NCBI GenBank assembly: GCA_038217285.1 | Contig: JBBQPO010000034.1 | Coordinates: forward strand, 1-30,990 | Source: Chthonomonadales bacterium | GTDB taxonomy: Bacteria > Armatimonadota > Chthonomonadetes > Chthonomonadales > Chthonomonadaceae | Direction of reading: 5' to 3' | Length of the DNA: 30,990 nucleotides | Shown here: positions 10,001-17,999 of the stretch, in pieces | Numbering within the stretch: the first letter of the stretch is position 1 | How the letters are laid out: each line of letters starts with the position of its first letter | Program-made: the position numbers and the translations under genes | The notes under the pieces: model-generated | Told to the model about the DNA's origin: nothing | The model's input: only the letters and a program-made list of their open reading frames with translations | Database searches by the model: none

Positions 10001-10120
10001 GACATCTATGCCAAACAGAATCACAAGCCGGAAGCCATTGCGCAGTACCGGGAAGCGCTGAAACTCAACGCGCAGGATCCCGCCGCGATAGAGGGATTGA
10101 AGCGTCTGGGCGAGAAATAG
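7094..10120 (+). CDS. Large exported tetratricopeptide-repeat protein (~1000 aa)
   Basis: Many TPR-like repeats (A..Y...L...P); signal peptide ending VLCA-Q; TTG start at 7094 chosen for its GGAG RBS and its position downstream of the promoter. Confidence 0.85.
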   Translation: MKNVSLARPALWGIAALFSLCLPVVLCAQSSGFAGGRPGQNAPPAMPPEVQKAAEQYSRAVALDKAHKWAGAAPAYEEFLKLAAAAHLPPRNLIEVNGRLTFLYQARGDQKRAETAMLRIVALDPTSAIGYAQLATLYSQQSKVAQAKEYATRTLTLKPTPTVAALAHHVLGAVAIIKQNPAEAEKEFALAIQSAPRNPQGYLDYAFALMQHKKSKEALTAVQRAATLAPAMVQPKLMMAGIYQEQNRLVDALAKYDDVLRTEPHNTIALYNRAAVLHRQGNVQEAISAYITFLNVAPNSYDAHYNVAQLYYVLENFQAARLHFMQAHNLMPKDPRTLGSLALTEQKEATHLLDRTQKRNEMALAESHFKEAQALAPRDASLQFGLASLLEDMGRYDEAIGLYRKHIVTAPKDVESYRHIAQAYTKQRKVDEVVKTWREYRLQDPKNPLSYQEAADMLEKAGKLADAVEEWKGLLGTKPRNGVAGDAMNSMARDFTLLKRPDEARAQYKAVLALDATGSSGPKEMQVVEVSAVKSERMTALRGLAALAQQEDKPDEAIAAWEQIKKEEATLSAKNGQYDPEPYLTIGRIYEQLKKPDQAAAEYKALLAVTPKDPSVYAQLGKLYESQNRGDEAIATYRQAAALSKTPLQDGIRIAQAYQRFNQPDKAIAEYQSLRRQAPQDVSLLTALALALRQAGRDGDAIEVYDTILKSDPRLFWVYDYKAVALIRLKRFPEARALYVSLLDKNVQSRQTYADLANVYKEEGKPDDFLSWLQPRFEKTPANAGLMTVVLDEFTRQKRADAGLSYLKGIVEQHKTQRPVLENYATLLSERGKGVDAIAVYRQIVALAPKDLLAQLTLAEQLDRNAQKDEAAKIYQALLAHPDLPAEQRLNLRRRFAQRCVLQGDRDEAIRQYQIVVKANPADFEATSELALTLTAANREAEAVPYYLKLSMEAAYPATVRADIFAKLGDIYAKQNHKPEAIAQYREALKLNAQDPAAIEGLKRLGEK

Positions 10121-10227
10121 CAGGAAGTTCCCAAACCCTTTCCCGAATCTTAACAGGCCGATCCTTCCGTCGTCATTCGGGAGCACGGCCCGACAGTCGA
10201 AACCAACCCGTCAGGAGAAGAGACCCC

Positions 10228-11742
10228 GTGACCGTCGCCGCCCCGCCCGCCATAGCCCCTGCGCTGGAGATGCGCAACATCAGCAAGCAATACCCCGGTG
10301 TCCGTGCCCTCGACGATGTCTCTCTAAGCGTGGACGTGGGCGAGATCCACGCCCTGCTCGGTGAAAACGGAGCGGGCAAATCGACAATGATGAAGATTCT
10401 CGCCGGAGCGCAGTCCAAAGACAGCGGCGAGATTCTGCTCAATGGCAGCGTCGTTCAGATCGACAGCCCGCAGAAAGCTATGTCGCTCGGCATCTCGATC
10501 ATCTATCAGGAGTTCAATCTGGTCCCCTATCTCAGCGCGGGAGAGAACATCTATCTGGGCCGCGAGCCCCGCGCCGCCATTCCTGGCTTCGTCGACTTCA
10601 AGAAGCTGTACGCCGACGCCCAGGTGGTGCTGGACAAACTCGGGGTAAAGATCGATGCCCGTGCGCCCGTCAACACACTCAGCGTAGCCGGTCAGCAGAT
10701 GGTCGAGATCGCCAAGGCAACCAGCAAAAAGTCGAAGATCATCGTCATGGACGAGCCGAGCGCGACCCTGACCGACCACGAGCTCCGCGCCCTGTTCCGC
10801 CTGATGCTTCAGCTCAAGTCCGAAGGCGTCAGCATCGTCTACATTTCGCATCGTCTGGAGGAGATCGTCGAGGTGTGCGACCGGGCGACGATCATGCGCG
10901 ACGGCCGTCATGTCGCGACAAAGGCCGTCAAAGATCTGACGCGCGAAGAGATCATCCGGCTCATGGTCGGACGCGAGCTCAAAGACGCCATTCCGAAGGT
11001 GCCGGCTCCGCTGGGGGATGTGGCGCTGGAAGTGAAGCATCTCAACCGCAAAGGCGTTCTCCACGACATCTCGTTCGCGGTACGCAAGGGCGAAGTGCTG
11101 GGCATTGCCGGACTGGTCGGGGCGGGCCGTACGGAGACCGCGCGCGTCATCTTCGGAGCGGACCCGATGGACAGCGGCAGTATCGAGGTGTTCGGGAAGC
11201 CGGTGCGCATCAAGTCGCCACAGGACGCCATTCGGCACGGCATCGGCCTGGTGACGGAGGACCGCAAACAGCAGGGGCTGGTGCTGGGCATGGTCGTGCG
11301 CGAAAACACCACCCTCGCCAATCTGGACTTTCTCTCCTCCCTCGGCTTCATCCGGCGCGGCGAGGAGAGGGAGGTGGCGGAGAAGTACAGGACCGACCTC
11401 TCCATCAAGACTCCGACCATCGAACAGACCGTCCACAACCTCTCCGGCGGCAATCAGCAGAAGGTCGTGCTGGCGAAATGGCTCTACACCGGCAGCAAGA
11501 TCCTGATCTTCGACGAGCCGACACGCGGTATCGATGTCGGCGCGAAGTCGGAGATCTACAAACTGATGAACGAGCTCGCGAAGAACGGCGTGGCCATCAT
11601 CATGATCTCGTCTGAGCTGCCGGAGGTGCTGGGCATGAGCGACCGCATCCTGGTCATGCATGAAGGCCGCCTCACCGGCGAACTCTCCCGCGCCGACGCG
11701 ACGCAGGAGAAGATCATGCACCTTGCTACCGGCGGCGACTGA
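10228..11742 (+). CDS. Monosaccharide ABC transporter ATP-binding protein (RbsA/MglA-like, two NBDs)
   Basis: Walker A GENGAGKST; IIYQEFNL; MDEPSA; GLVGAGRTE; LSGGNQQKV; FDEPTRGIDVGAK; ISSELPE. Confidence 0.95.
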   Translation: MTVAAPPAIAPALEMRNISKQYPGVRALDDVSLSVDVGEIHALLGENGAGKSTMMKILAGAQSKDSGEILLNGSVVQIDSPQKAMSLGISIIYQEFNLVPYLSAGENIYLGREPRAAIPGFVDFKKLYADAQVVLDKLGVKIDARAPVNTLSVAGQQMVEIAKATSKKSKIIVMDEPSATLTDHELRALFRLMLQLKSEGVSIVYISHRLEEIVEVCDRATIMRDGRHVATKAVKDLTREEIIRLMVGRELKDAIPKVPAPLGDVALEVKHLNRKGVLHDISFAVRKGEVLGIAGLVGAGRTETARVIFGADPMDSGSIEVFGKPVRIKSPQDAIRHGIGLVTEDRKQQGLVLGMVVRENTTLANLDFLSSLGFIRRGEEREVAEKYRTDLSIKTPTIEQTVHNLSGGNQQKVVLAKWLYTGSKILIFDEPTRGIDVGAKSEIYKLMNELAKNGVAIIMISSELPEVLGMSDRILVMHEGRLTGELSRADATQEKIMHLATGGD

Positions 11743-11895
11743 TTCGTACTCTGCGGAGGGACGTACGGAAACTGAAACCGCTGGGGCCTTCTGTCTCGTC
11801 TATGACGGTACGAGCCACAGGTGATGACCAGGCATTTTAATCGTTTCACTCCGGAGGCGGCTCGAACGGGTGTGGTTACAGGAAGAAGGCTATCT

Positions 11896-12459
11896 ATGGC
11901 TGGTGGAATGAAGGGCGCGTATCCGCCGCCCCCCGCGCCAATGCGGAGACCGGGGCCGAACGGAGTCCTGCTCTGGAGTCTCGTGGGATGCGGCGTGATC
12001 GCGCTTCTCGTCGTGGTTATTGGGGGCGTCTCGGTGACGCGTATGTTCGGTAACTCCAAGGCAAAAGGGATGTTCAGCGTGATGGCTTCGGTGGGGCCGA
12101 CCGGTGAGAGCGTCGCGAAAGTCGGGGATGGTATCGAAGCGTACCGGAAAGATCATGGCGGCCAGTATCCTCCGACTCTAGACGCGCTCGTGCCGAAGTA
12201 CGTGGCCGACAAGTCGGCTTTTCTCTTTAGCAATACCGAGGATCCGAAGCCGATGGAGTATACGGTGCCGAAGCCGGATGCGGCAGACGGCACCGTCGTG
12301 GTGCGCGTTCATATCGGCGACATTACCATGGTGGCCACCCAGGTGCAACGGATGTACGTCTGCCTGCTGAAAAATGGGGAAGTGGTCTCGGATCAGAACG
12401 TGCGCACGATGCTCCCCAGGCATGGCATGGGGCGAGCCAAACCGATACGGACCTACTGA
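11896..12459 (+). CDS. Single-TM protein with a pseudopilin (GspG-like) helical segment
   Basis: Pro-rich N-terminus, TM helix, then GIEAYRKDHGGQYPPTLDALVPKY; start uncertain (11821 or 11896). Confidence 0.6.
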   Translation: MAGGMKGAYPPPPAPMRRPGPNGVLLWSLVGCGVIALLVVVIGGVSVTRMFGNSKAKGMFSVMASVGPTGESVAKVGDGIEAYRKDHGGQYPPTLDALVPKYVADKSAFLFSNTEDPKPMEYTVPKPDAADGTVVVRVHIGDITMVATQVQRMYVCLLKNGEVVSDQNVRTMLPRHGMGRAKPIRTY

Positions 12460-12568
12460 TCGGCGCGGCTGCAATTTCGGGAACAGTTCGGCTCCTCTTT
12501 AGTCTATCGTGTGAAAGTCAGAAGCACGTCGCTGCTTTTTTCATACCGTAGACGAGAGGAAACGAACA

Positions 12569-13801
12569 ATGCCCGCCCGGAGCCCTTTCCATAGTCATGT
12601 CGATACGACCCGTACCCGCTGCGATCTGCGCGCCGCCGTCAAAGAGGTGCGACAAGCGGCACGGCCCAACATTTTTTCGCTCCGCTCCGGCGTCTCCCTA
12701 CTGGTAGCCCTGGCGGCGGGAGGCATGGTCGCCTGGCGCAGCGTGGAAGCTGGACTGCAGACGGATCGTGCCGCCGCCCCGCCCATACCCATTACGCCGC
12801 GCCCGCCCACTCCCACCTATATGGAGAGCGCCCGCCCGTCCGACAAGGCCCACAAACCGCTGGACGAGCGCGCGGCCGAGCGCCCCAAAAGCACCGAGAC
12901 AACTGCCAAGGCCACGGGCATCATGGCGCTGGGGAAAGAGTTGCTGGCGCGCTACGGGGCGGACGAGTGCGGGATGCGGGCGCAGTCCATCGCCTTCGTC
13001 GGCGTCATGTCGTTGATTCCGGTGCTGCTGTTCGCGCTGGCCGCCGTGGGCTTTTTCGTTCCTCCGGAACAGGCGACGCGCCTGATCCACGATCTGGTTG
13101 CGCATATCGTTCCCGGCGAACAGGCGATGAAAGCGGCCGATCATGTCATCCAGCAGACCGGTCTGGCGAAATCGGCGCAGGAGATCATGAAGGCGCGCGG
13201 CTGGGTGCTTGGGATCGGTATTATCTCGCTGCTCTGGGCGGGTATAGGGCTCATCAACAACGCGATGCCTTCGATGAATGCCGCGTGGGAAGTGAAAGAG
13301 ACACGTGGTTTCGTCCGGATAAAGTTGATCGGTCTGGGCGTCTTTTTGGGAAGTGGCCTGCTGTTTCTGCTATCGCTGCTGCCCTCTGCCGGCCCCGACT
13401 TCATTCAGAACCTGCATATACCGGCGCTGGGCCTGCCGAAGCATCTCCCGTTCTTGCTGGCGCTGCTGATGCAGATCGTATTCGAGGCGCTGGCGCTGGC
13501 CGTCAACGTCGCGCTGTTTGTCTTCCTCTACCGCATGCTGCCCAATACAAAGGTCACCTGGCGGTCCGCGCTCTTCGGAGGCGTTGTCATCGCGGTGCTG
13601 TGGGAGATCGCCAAGAAGGCCTTCACAATCTATCTGGCGCACTTCGGCAACTTCAACAAGCTGTACGGCGCGTTCGGGGGTCTGGTGCTGCTCGTCACCT
13701 GGATTCTCTACTCCTGCATGATTCTGCTGGGAGGCGCCATTCTCTGCAAGATGTACCACGAACACGTCGAAGAGGGCGGTGTGGCAAAGAAAGCATCGTA
13801 A
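12569..13801 (+). CDS. YihY/virulence factor BrkB family membrane protein with N-terminal extension
   Basis: AQSIAF...SLIP, MNAAW, LYRMLPN...WRSALFGG, LYGAFGGLVLLVTWILYS motifs; multiple TM helices. Confidence 0.9.
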   Translation: MPARSPFHSHVDTTRTRCDLRAAVKEVRQAARPNIFSLRSGVSLLVALAAGGMVAWRSVEAGLQTDRAAAPPIPITPRPPTPTYMESARPSDKAHKPLDERAAERPKSTETTAKATGIMALGKELLARYGADECGMRAQSIAFVGVMSLIPVLLFALAAVGFFVPPEQATRLIHDLVAHIVPGEQAMKAADHVIQQTGLAKSAQEIMKARGWVLGIGIISLLWAGIGLINNAMPSMNAAWEVKETRGFVRIKLIGLGVFLGSGLLFLLSLLPSAGPDFIQNLHIPALGLPKHLPFLLALLMQIVFEALALAVNVALFVFLYRMLPNTKVTWRSALFGGVVIAVLWEIAKKAFTIYLAHFGNFNKLYGAFGGLVLLVTWILYSCMILLGGAILCKMYHEHVEEGGVAKKAS

Positions 13802-13826
13802 GCCGTCGGTTGGGAGGCCGCGTACA

Positions 13827-15119
13827 ATGAAACCCCTGCCCGCGCAAAATCTGCTGGTTGCACATAACGGCAATGCGCGGGTCACCATCGGCCTTGACGC
13901 TCCGGAGACGCTGCGACTGCTCTCCGATACGCGCAGCCTCACCTGCCCCGGCTGCGCCGGAACCGTGATCCTGCATGCCGGAACCGTGCGCGCCCATCAT
14001 TTCGCCCACCTGCCGGGAGCGGTCTGTACGCTGCCCACGTCGGAGCCGGAAACGGAAGAGCATCGCGCCGGGAAGCTTCTTATCGCCGCATGGCTGCGCG
14101 CCTGCCTGCCCGACGCCGACGTTCTGATCGAAGCCTTTCTCCCCGCGACAGGCCAGCGCGCCGATGTGCTGGCCGTGCTGGCAGATCGCAGTCGGATCGC
14201 GCTGGAGTATCAGTGCGCCCACCTGACGGCGCGCGAGTGGCGACGGCGGCATCGGCAGTACCGGGAAGCGGGCATCCGCGATCTCTGGCTGCTCGGCGGA
14301 TCACGGCTCATTCCGGCAGCCGCAAGTCAGACAGCCGTTCCCGAAGGTCGAGAACCAGGCGCAAAGAATTCGGGGAAAGCGGTCGTCCTGCGAACCACGG
14401 AGTTGGAACGCACGCTGCTCTGGGACGGCGCGCCCCTGCTGTTTCTGGACGCGTCCGGGGAACGCAGAAAGGCGGGAACGCTGGCCCGCTTCCGCCCGAA
14501 CGAGGACGCGCAGGCCCACCGCCCCCAGGGCCACCTCGTGACCCGCGCGCTGCTGGAACTGCCCTTTCCTCTGCACCTGCTGGACTGGCCCACACGCGCT
14601 CATCCCGACGCTCCTCTCACCGCCCCGACATCGACACCGTCTGCCCCAGACACCCCTTCGTCGTCCGCTTCCGACTTCTGGCTCTGGCAGTGGCTCGGGC
14701 AGCGCTTCCAGGTGACACCGGAAACCCTGCCCGCATTTTTCGGCCTCTCCCTCACCGGCGAAGAGGCGTTCTCCTGCCGAAGCGCCGCATGGCAAGCCGG
14801 AATCTACTATCGTTTCATCCATCAACGCATAGGAGCACGCTGGTGGCTCGGCGAGGTCGAAACCTGGGTGCGCGGCTTTATTCCGCTTGCACAACCGCTT
14901 CGCCTTTCCCGTCTCCGGGCCGCCCTCGCGGAATATCAGGAGGCCCTGGCGGCCACAGGGATGCTCTCCCTGCCGATGGGCTATGGCCGCTCCAATGCCC
15001 GCATCACCGCCGATCTCACCACCCTCCCCACCCCTCCCGACCGCGCCGAAGTCCTCCGCCTCGTTCGCTACCGCCGCACCCTCGCCCGCGAAAACGCCGC
15101 CGCCTACGGAAAAAGCTAA
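13827..15119 (+). CDS. Competence protein CoiA-like nuclease
   Basis: LTCPGC...HHFAH...C zinc module, ETEEHRAGK, QRADVL and IALEYQC nuclease motifs; GGAGG RBS before the ATG at 13827. Confidence 0.8.
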   Translation: MKPLPAQNLLVAHNGNARVTIGLDAPETLRLLSDTRSLTCPGCAGTVILHAGTVRAHHFAHLPGAVCTLPTSEPETEEHRAGKLLIAAWLRACLPDADVLIEAFLPATGQRADVLAVLADRSRIALEYQCAHLTAREWRRRHRQYREAGIRDLWLLGGSRLIPAAASQTAVPEGREPGAKNSGKAVVLRTTELERTLLWDGAPLLFLDASGERRKAGTLARFRPNEDAQAHRPQGHLVTRALLELPFPLHLLDWPTRAHPDAPLTAPTSTPSAPDTPSSSASDFWLWQWLGQRFQVTPETLPAFFGLSLTGEEAFSCRSAAWQAGIYYRFIHQRIGARWWLGEVETWVRGFIPLAQPLRLSRLRAALAEYQEALAATGMLSLPMGYGRSNARITADLTTLPTPPDRAEVLRLVRYRRTLARENAAAYGKS

Positions 15120-15266
15120 AATCTTCGGTTTCCAAGCACCCTCCCTCTCACGGACCACGACATGTACAACATTCGCTTACTCGGCAACAGACGCGCAACG
15201 CGTCGACACCACACGCTTGCGCGGTCTGCGATTGGTGAGAAAGGCAGAATACTACGGGCACTCCTA

Positions 15267-15297
15267 TTGACACAGTAGACAACCATATGATATCATA
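15267..15297 (+). promoter_or_regulatory. Sigma70-type promoter overlapped by a 12-bp palindrome
   Basis: TTGACA-N18-TATCAT with TG extension; the palindrome TATGATATCATA (15286-15297) covers the -10 box. Confidence 0.6.
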
Positions 15298-15506
15298 AAG
15301 ACTGTTAAGTATTGTTGCTCTCTACCCACCGGTGCAGAGTACAACGCTAAGCGCGATCCAACGCCCTTGACTTCGCTCCGCCGTGACACGACGATGTGGC
15401 CGGTGCGCTGAAGCAAGGCGTGGATCTCCCTGGACCGACGAAGACAGCGTTTGTGAGTGGGACAATGCGGGCGTCATGAAGAACGCCCGAGAGAGGGTGG
15501 TAGAGC

Positions 15507-15659
15507 ATGAAAACGGAAATCAAGGGACCCGTCGGCATTGTCGTCGTTATTATCGTCATCGCTCTCGTGGTCGGGGCGGGCTTCTGGTTTGTCAACAAGC
15601 CAAAGCCGGAAGGGCCCGAAGCCCTGAAGATGAAGCAATCTATGGGCCACGCTCCCTAA
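15507..15659 (+). CDS. Small 50-aa single-TM protein (below the ORF-track size cutoff)
   Basis: MKTEIKGPVGIVVVIIVIALVVGAGFWFVNKPKPEGPEALKMKQSMGHAP*; purine-rich RBS (GAGAGGGTGG); clean hydrophobic helix. Confidence 0.65.
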   Translation: MKTEIKGPVGIVVVIIVIALVVGAGFWFVNKPKPEGPEALKMKQSMGHAP

Positions 15660-15851
15660 CTCGCCCCTGCTCTCTTTCGATGCGCTGCCCGTCCTCCGCC
15701 GGGCTGGCTTCTGCGAGGCGGAGAGAATGGTCTCTCTTACCTGGCAGAAGACGGAACATCCGTTCCGTCTCTCCCTATGGCGCACGTTCTTATCGAAGCG
15801 GAATCTCAACAGTGAAGTGCAAATGAGCCTCAGAGAGGAGTCCCAAAAGAG

Positions 15852-16577
15852 ATGCACAGGAAACAGGGTTTTACCCTCATCGAACTGCTAGTGGTCATCG
15901 CGATTATCGCTATCCTTGCCGCGATTCTCTTCCCCGTTTTTGCGAAGGCCCGTGAGCAGGCACGCAAAATCTCTTGTCTCAGCAACATGAAACAGCTAGG
16001 CACCGCCGTGCTGATGTACGTTCAGGACAACGACGAACAGTTCCCGTTCGGCGAGAACTGGCACGCAGACGTGCCGAAGACCGCCAAAGGAATCGTGGAT
16101 ACGAACTACCAGCTAGGCAACCGTTTCCAGCTCGCGCCGTATATCAAATCGGAGGCGATATGGATCTGCCCGAGCGACAGCACCTGGGCGGGCAACAACA
16201 CCACGAACGACTGGCCCTACACCAGCTACGGCACTCAGTTCGACTGGTGGTACGACTGTCACTACTGGGACGTAAAAACACTACTGGATCAGACGACCGA
16301 CCCGAACCATAACAGCGCGTTGTCGATCCCATTGAAGGCGTCCGACTCCTGCGCCGGTGGCAGGCCGCGCACGGGCGTCTCTCTTGCGGCGCTTCAGGCT
16401 CCTACCAGCAAGGGCATGTTCTTTGATCAGGAAGGCTTCCACTCCTCGGTGCCCGATCTGAAGATCATCCCCTCCGGTCAGAGGAACGTGGTATATGCCG
16501 ACGGTCATGCCAAGTACGATCACATGAAAACATATGCCCCGGACCCGACCTCCGGAACCAACGAGAAAGACTACTGA
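15852..16577 (+). CDS. Prepilin-type N-terminal cleavage/methylation domain protein (DUF1559-like, C-terminal H-X-DG motif)
   Basis: [33 protein letters not shown]...CLSNMKQ; WICPSD; C-terminal H...[20 protein letters not shown]. Confidence 0.92.
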   Translation: MHRKQGFTLIELLVVIAIIAILAAILFPVFAKAREQARKISCLSNMKQLGTAVLMYVQDNDEQFPFGENWHADVPKTAKGIVDTNYQLGNRFQLAPYIKSEAIWICPSDSTWAGNNTTNDWPYTSYGTQFDWWYDCHYWDVKTLLDQTTDPNHNSALSIPLKASDSCAGGRPRTGVSLAALQAPTSKGMFFDQEGFHSSVPDLKIIPSGQRNVVYADGHAKYDHMKTYAPDPTSGTNEKDY

Positions 16578-16638
16578 TGTTCGAGGGAATCCGAAACCGA
16601 GAGATCACGCTACGATCGGTTTTGAATTCCAGATCTGT

Positions 16639-16670
16639 ACGAAGCGACAGGAAGCCTCCTGCCGCTTCGT
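16639..16670 (+). terminator. Intergenic hairpin after the pilin-like gene (terminator or mRNA-stabilising stem)
   Basis: ACGAAGCGACAGGA-AGCC-TCCTGCCGCTTCGT, with 13 of 14 positions paired. Confidence 0.5.
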
Positions 16671-16742
16671 TCGTTCCTCGCCGCGCCCCGCTTCGGCGAC
16701 GCCTTCTTTGAAATTTCAATTCGACTGGTCCTGCGCTGTTCT

Positions 16743-17975
16743 ATGAGAAACCCGGTAAAATCCGTTTCGCCGTCTTCGGACGCGCCCACGCATCCGGCCA
16801 GAGGCCCCCGCCGCTCTCGGCGGCTGTTCCTGTCGCTCCTGCTATGCGGCGGAGTGATCGCGGTCGGCTACCTGCTCTGGTTCTGGCGCGAGCAGACCCG
16901 TCCCGGCGTCCGGCACTATCGGAAGGGCATCGAGTATCTGTCGGCCAAGCGTCCGGCATCGGCCGAGCGGGAGTGGCTGCAAGGAGTCCAGCAGGATCCC
17001 GGCTTCTCGGGGTGCCACGAACAGCTAGGCGATCTGTATACGGAGTTGCTGCGCTTTCCGGACGCCGCGCGGCAGTACACGGAGGCTGCGCGCCTGTCGC
17101 CGGATGACGGCAGCCTGTGGTATCGTCTGGCGCGCGCCCTGCGGATGGTGGGAAAAAAACCGGAAGCCATGAAGGCGGCCAGACGCGCAGCGCGCCTGCT
17201 TCCGAACGACGCCGATGCCCTCGGTGACTATGGTATTCTCGAGGCGGAGCTCAAAGAGCGCCAGGAAGCCATGCCGGCGCTCCGGCGCGCCCATCAACTG
17301 CGCCCGCAAGACCGCCGCTTCTTTATCGCTCTCGTCAATACCGAGATGGACGCCCTGGAAATCGAACCTGCCGAGCGCGATCTGATCCCTTATCTCCAGG
17401 CGCACCCGACGGATGCCCAGGCCTGCTTTCTGATGGAGATCGTCTATGACCACAAGCCGCGCACGCCCGAGAATCTGAAGGCCGCCATCGATTACGGTCG
17501 TCGCGCGATTGCGGGAATGCCCAACGATGAGCAAGCTTATACGGTGCTGGGTCAACTGGAGCTGTATGCGGGCGACACACGCCGAGCGCTCAATGTCTAC
17601 GGCGCGGGGCTGCGCCGCTGGCCGAACTCCCCAGGAATCATTCACGGCCTGGTGGAGTGTTATACGCGCACAGGCGATACCCGCAGGCGCGAGCTCGCCG
17701 CCGCCGATTTCGAGAAGGTTACCCGGCTCCATGATCGAATCGAGCATCTCAAGCATGTCATGGGCTTCAATAACCACGACCTCTCCTCGGGTCTGGAGTT
17801 GGCACGCCTGGAAGAGGAGCGGGGCAACACCCGACAGGCAGGGGTCTATTTCGAGCAGCTCGTTCGCCAGGCTCCGAAAGAGACGCGGGCTCGCGAGGCG
17901 CTCGTCGCCTTCTACCGGCGGCAAGGCCGCGAGGATTTAGCCCGCAACGCCGCACGCCCCGATTTCACTCCGTAG
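16743..17975 (+). CDS. Membrane-anchored TPR protein
   Basis: N-terminal TM helix followed by repeated TPR-like helices. Confidence 0.8.
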   Translation: MRNPVKSVSPSSDAPTHPARGPRRSRRLFLSLLLCGGVIAVGYLLWFWREQTRPGVRHYRKGIEYLSAKRPASAEREWLQGVQQDPGFSGCHEQLGDLYTELLRFPDAARQYTEAARLSPDDGSLWYRLARALRMVGKKPEAMKAARRAARLLPNDADALGDYGILEAELKERQEAMPALRRAHQLRPQDRRFFIALVNTEMDALEIEPAERDLIPYLQAHPTDAQACFLMEIVYDHKPRTPENLKAAIDYGRRAIAGMPNDEQAYTVLGQLELYAGDTRRALNVYGAGLRRWPNSPGIIHGLVECYTRTGDTRRRELAAADFEKVTRLHDRIEHLKHVMGFNNHDLSSGLELARLEEERGNTRQAGVYFEQLVRQAPKETRAREALVAFYRRQGREDLARNAARPDFTP

Positions 17976-17999
17976 CGAAGGTAAAAGGTCTTCTCATCT

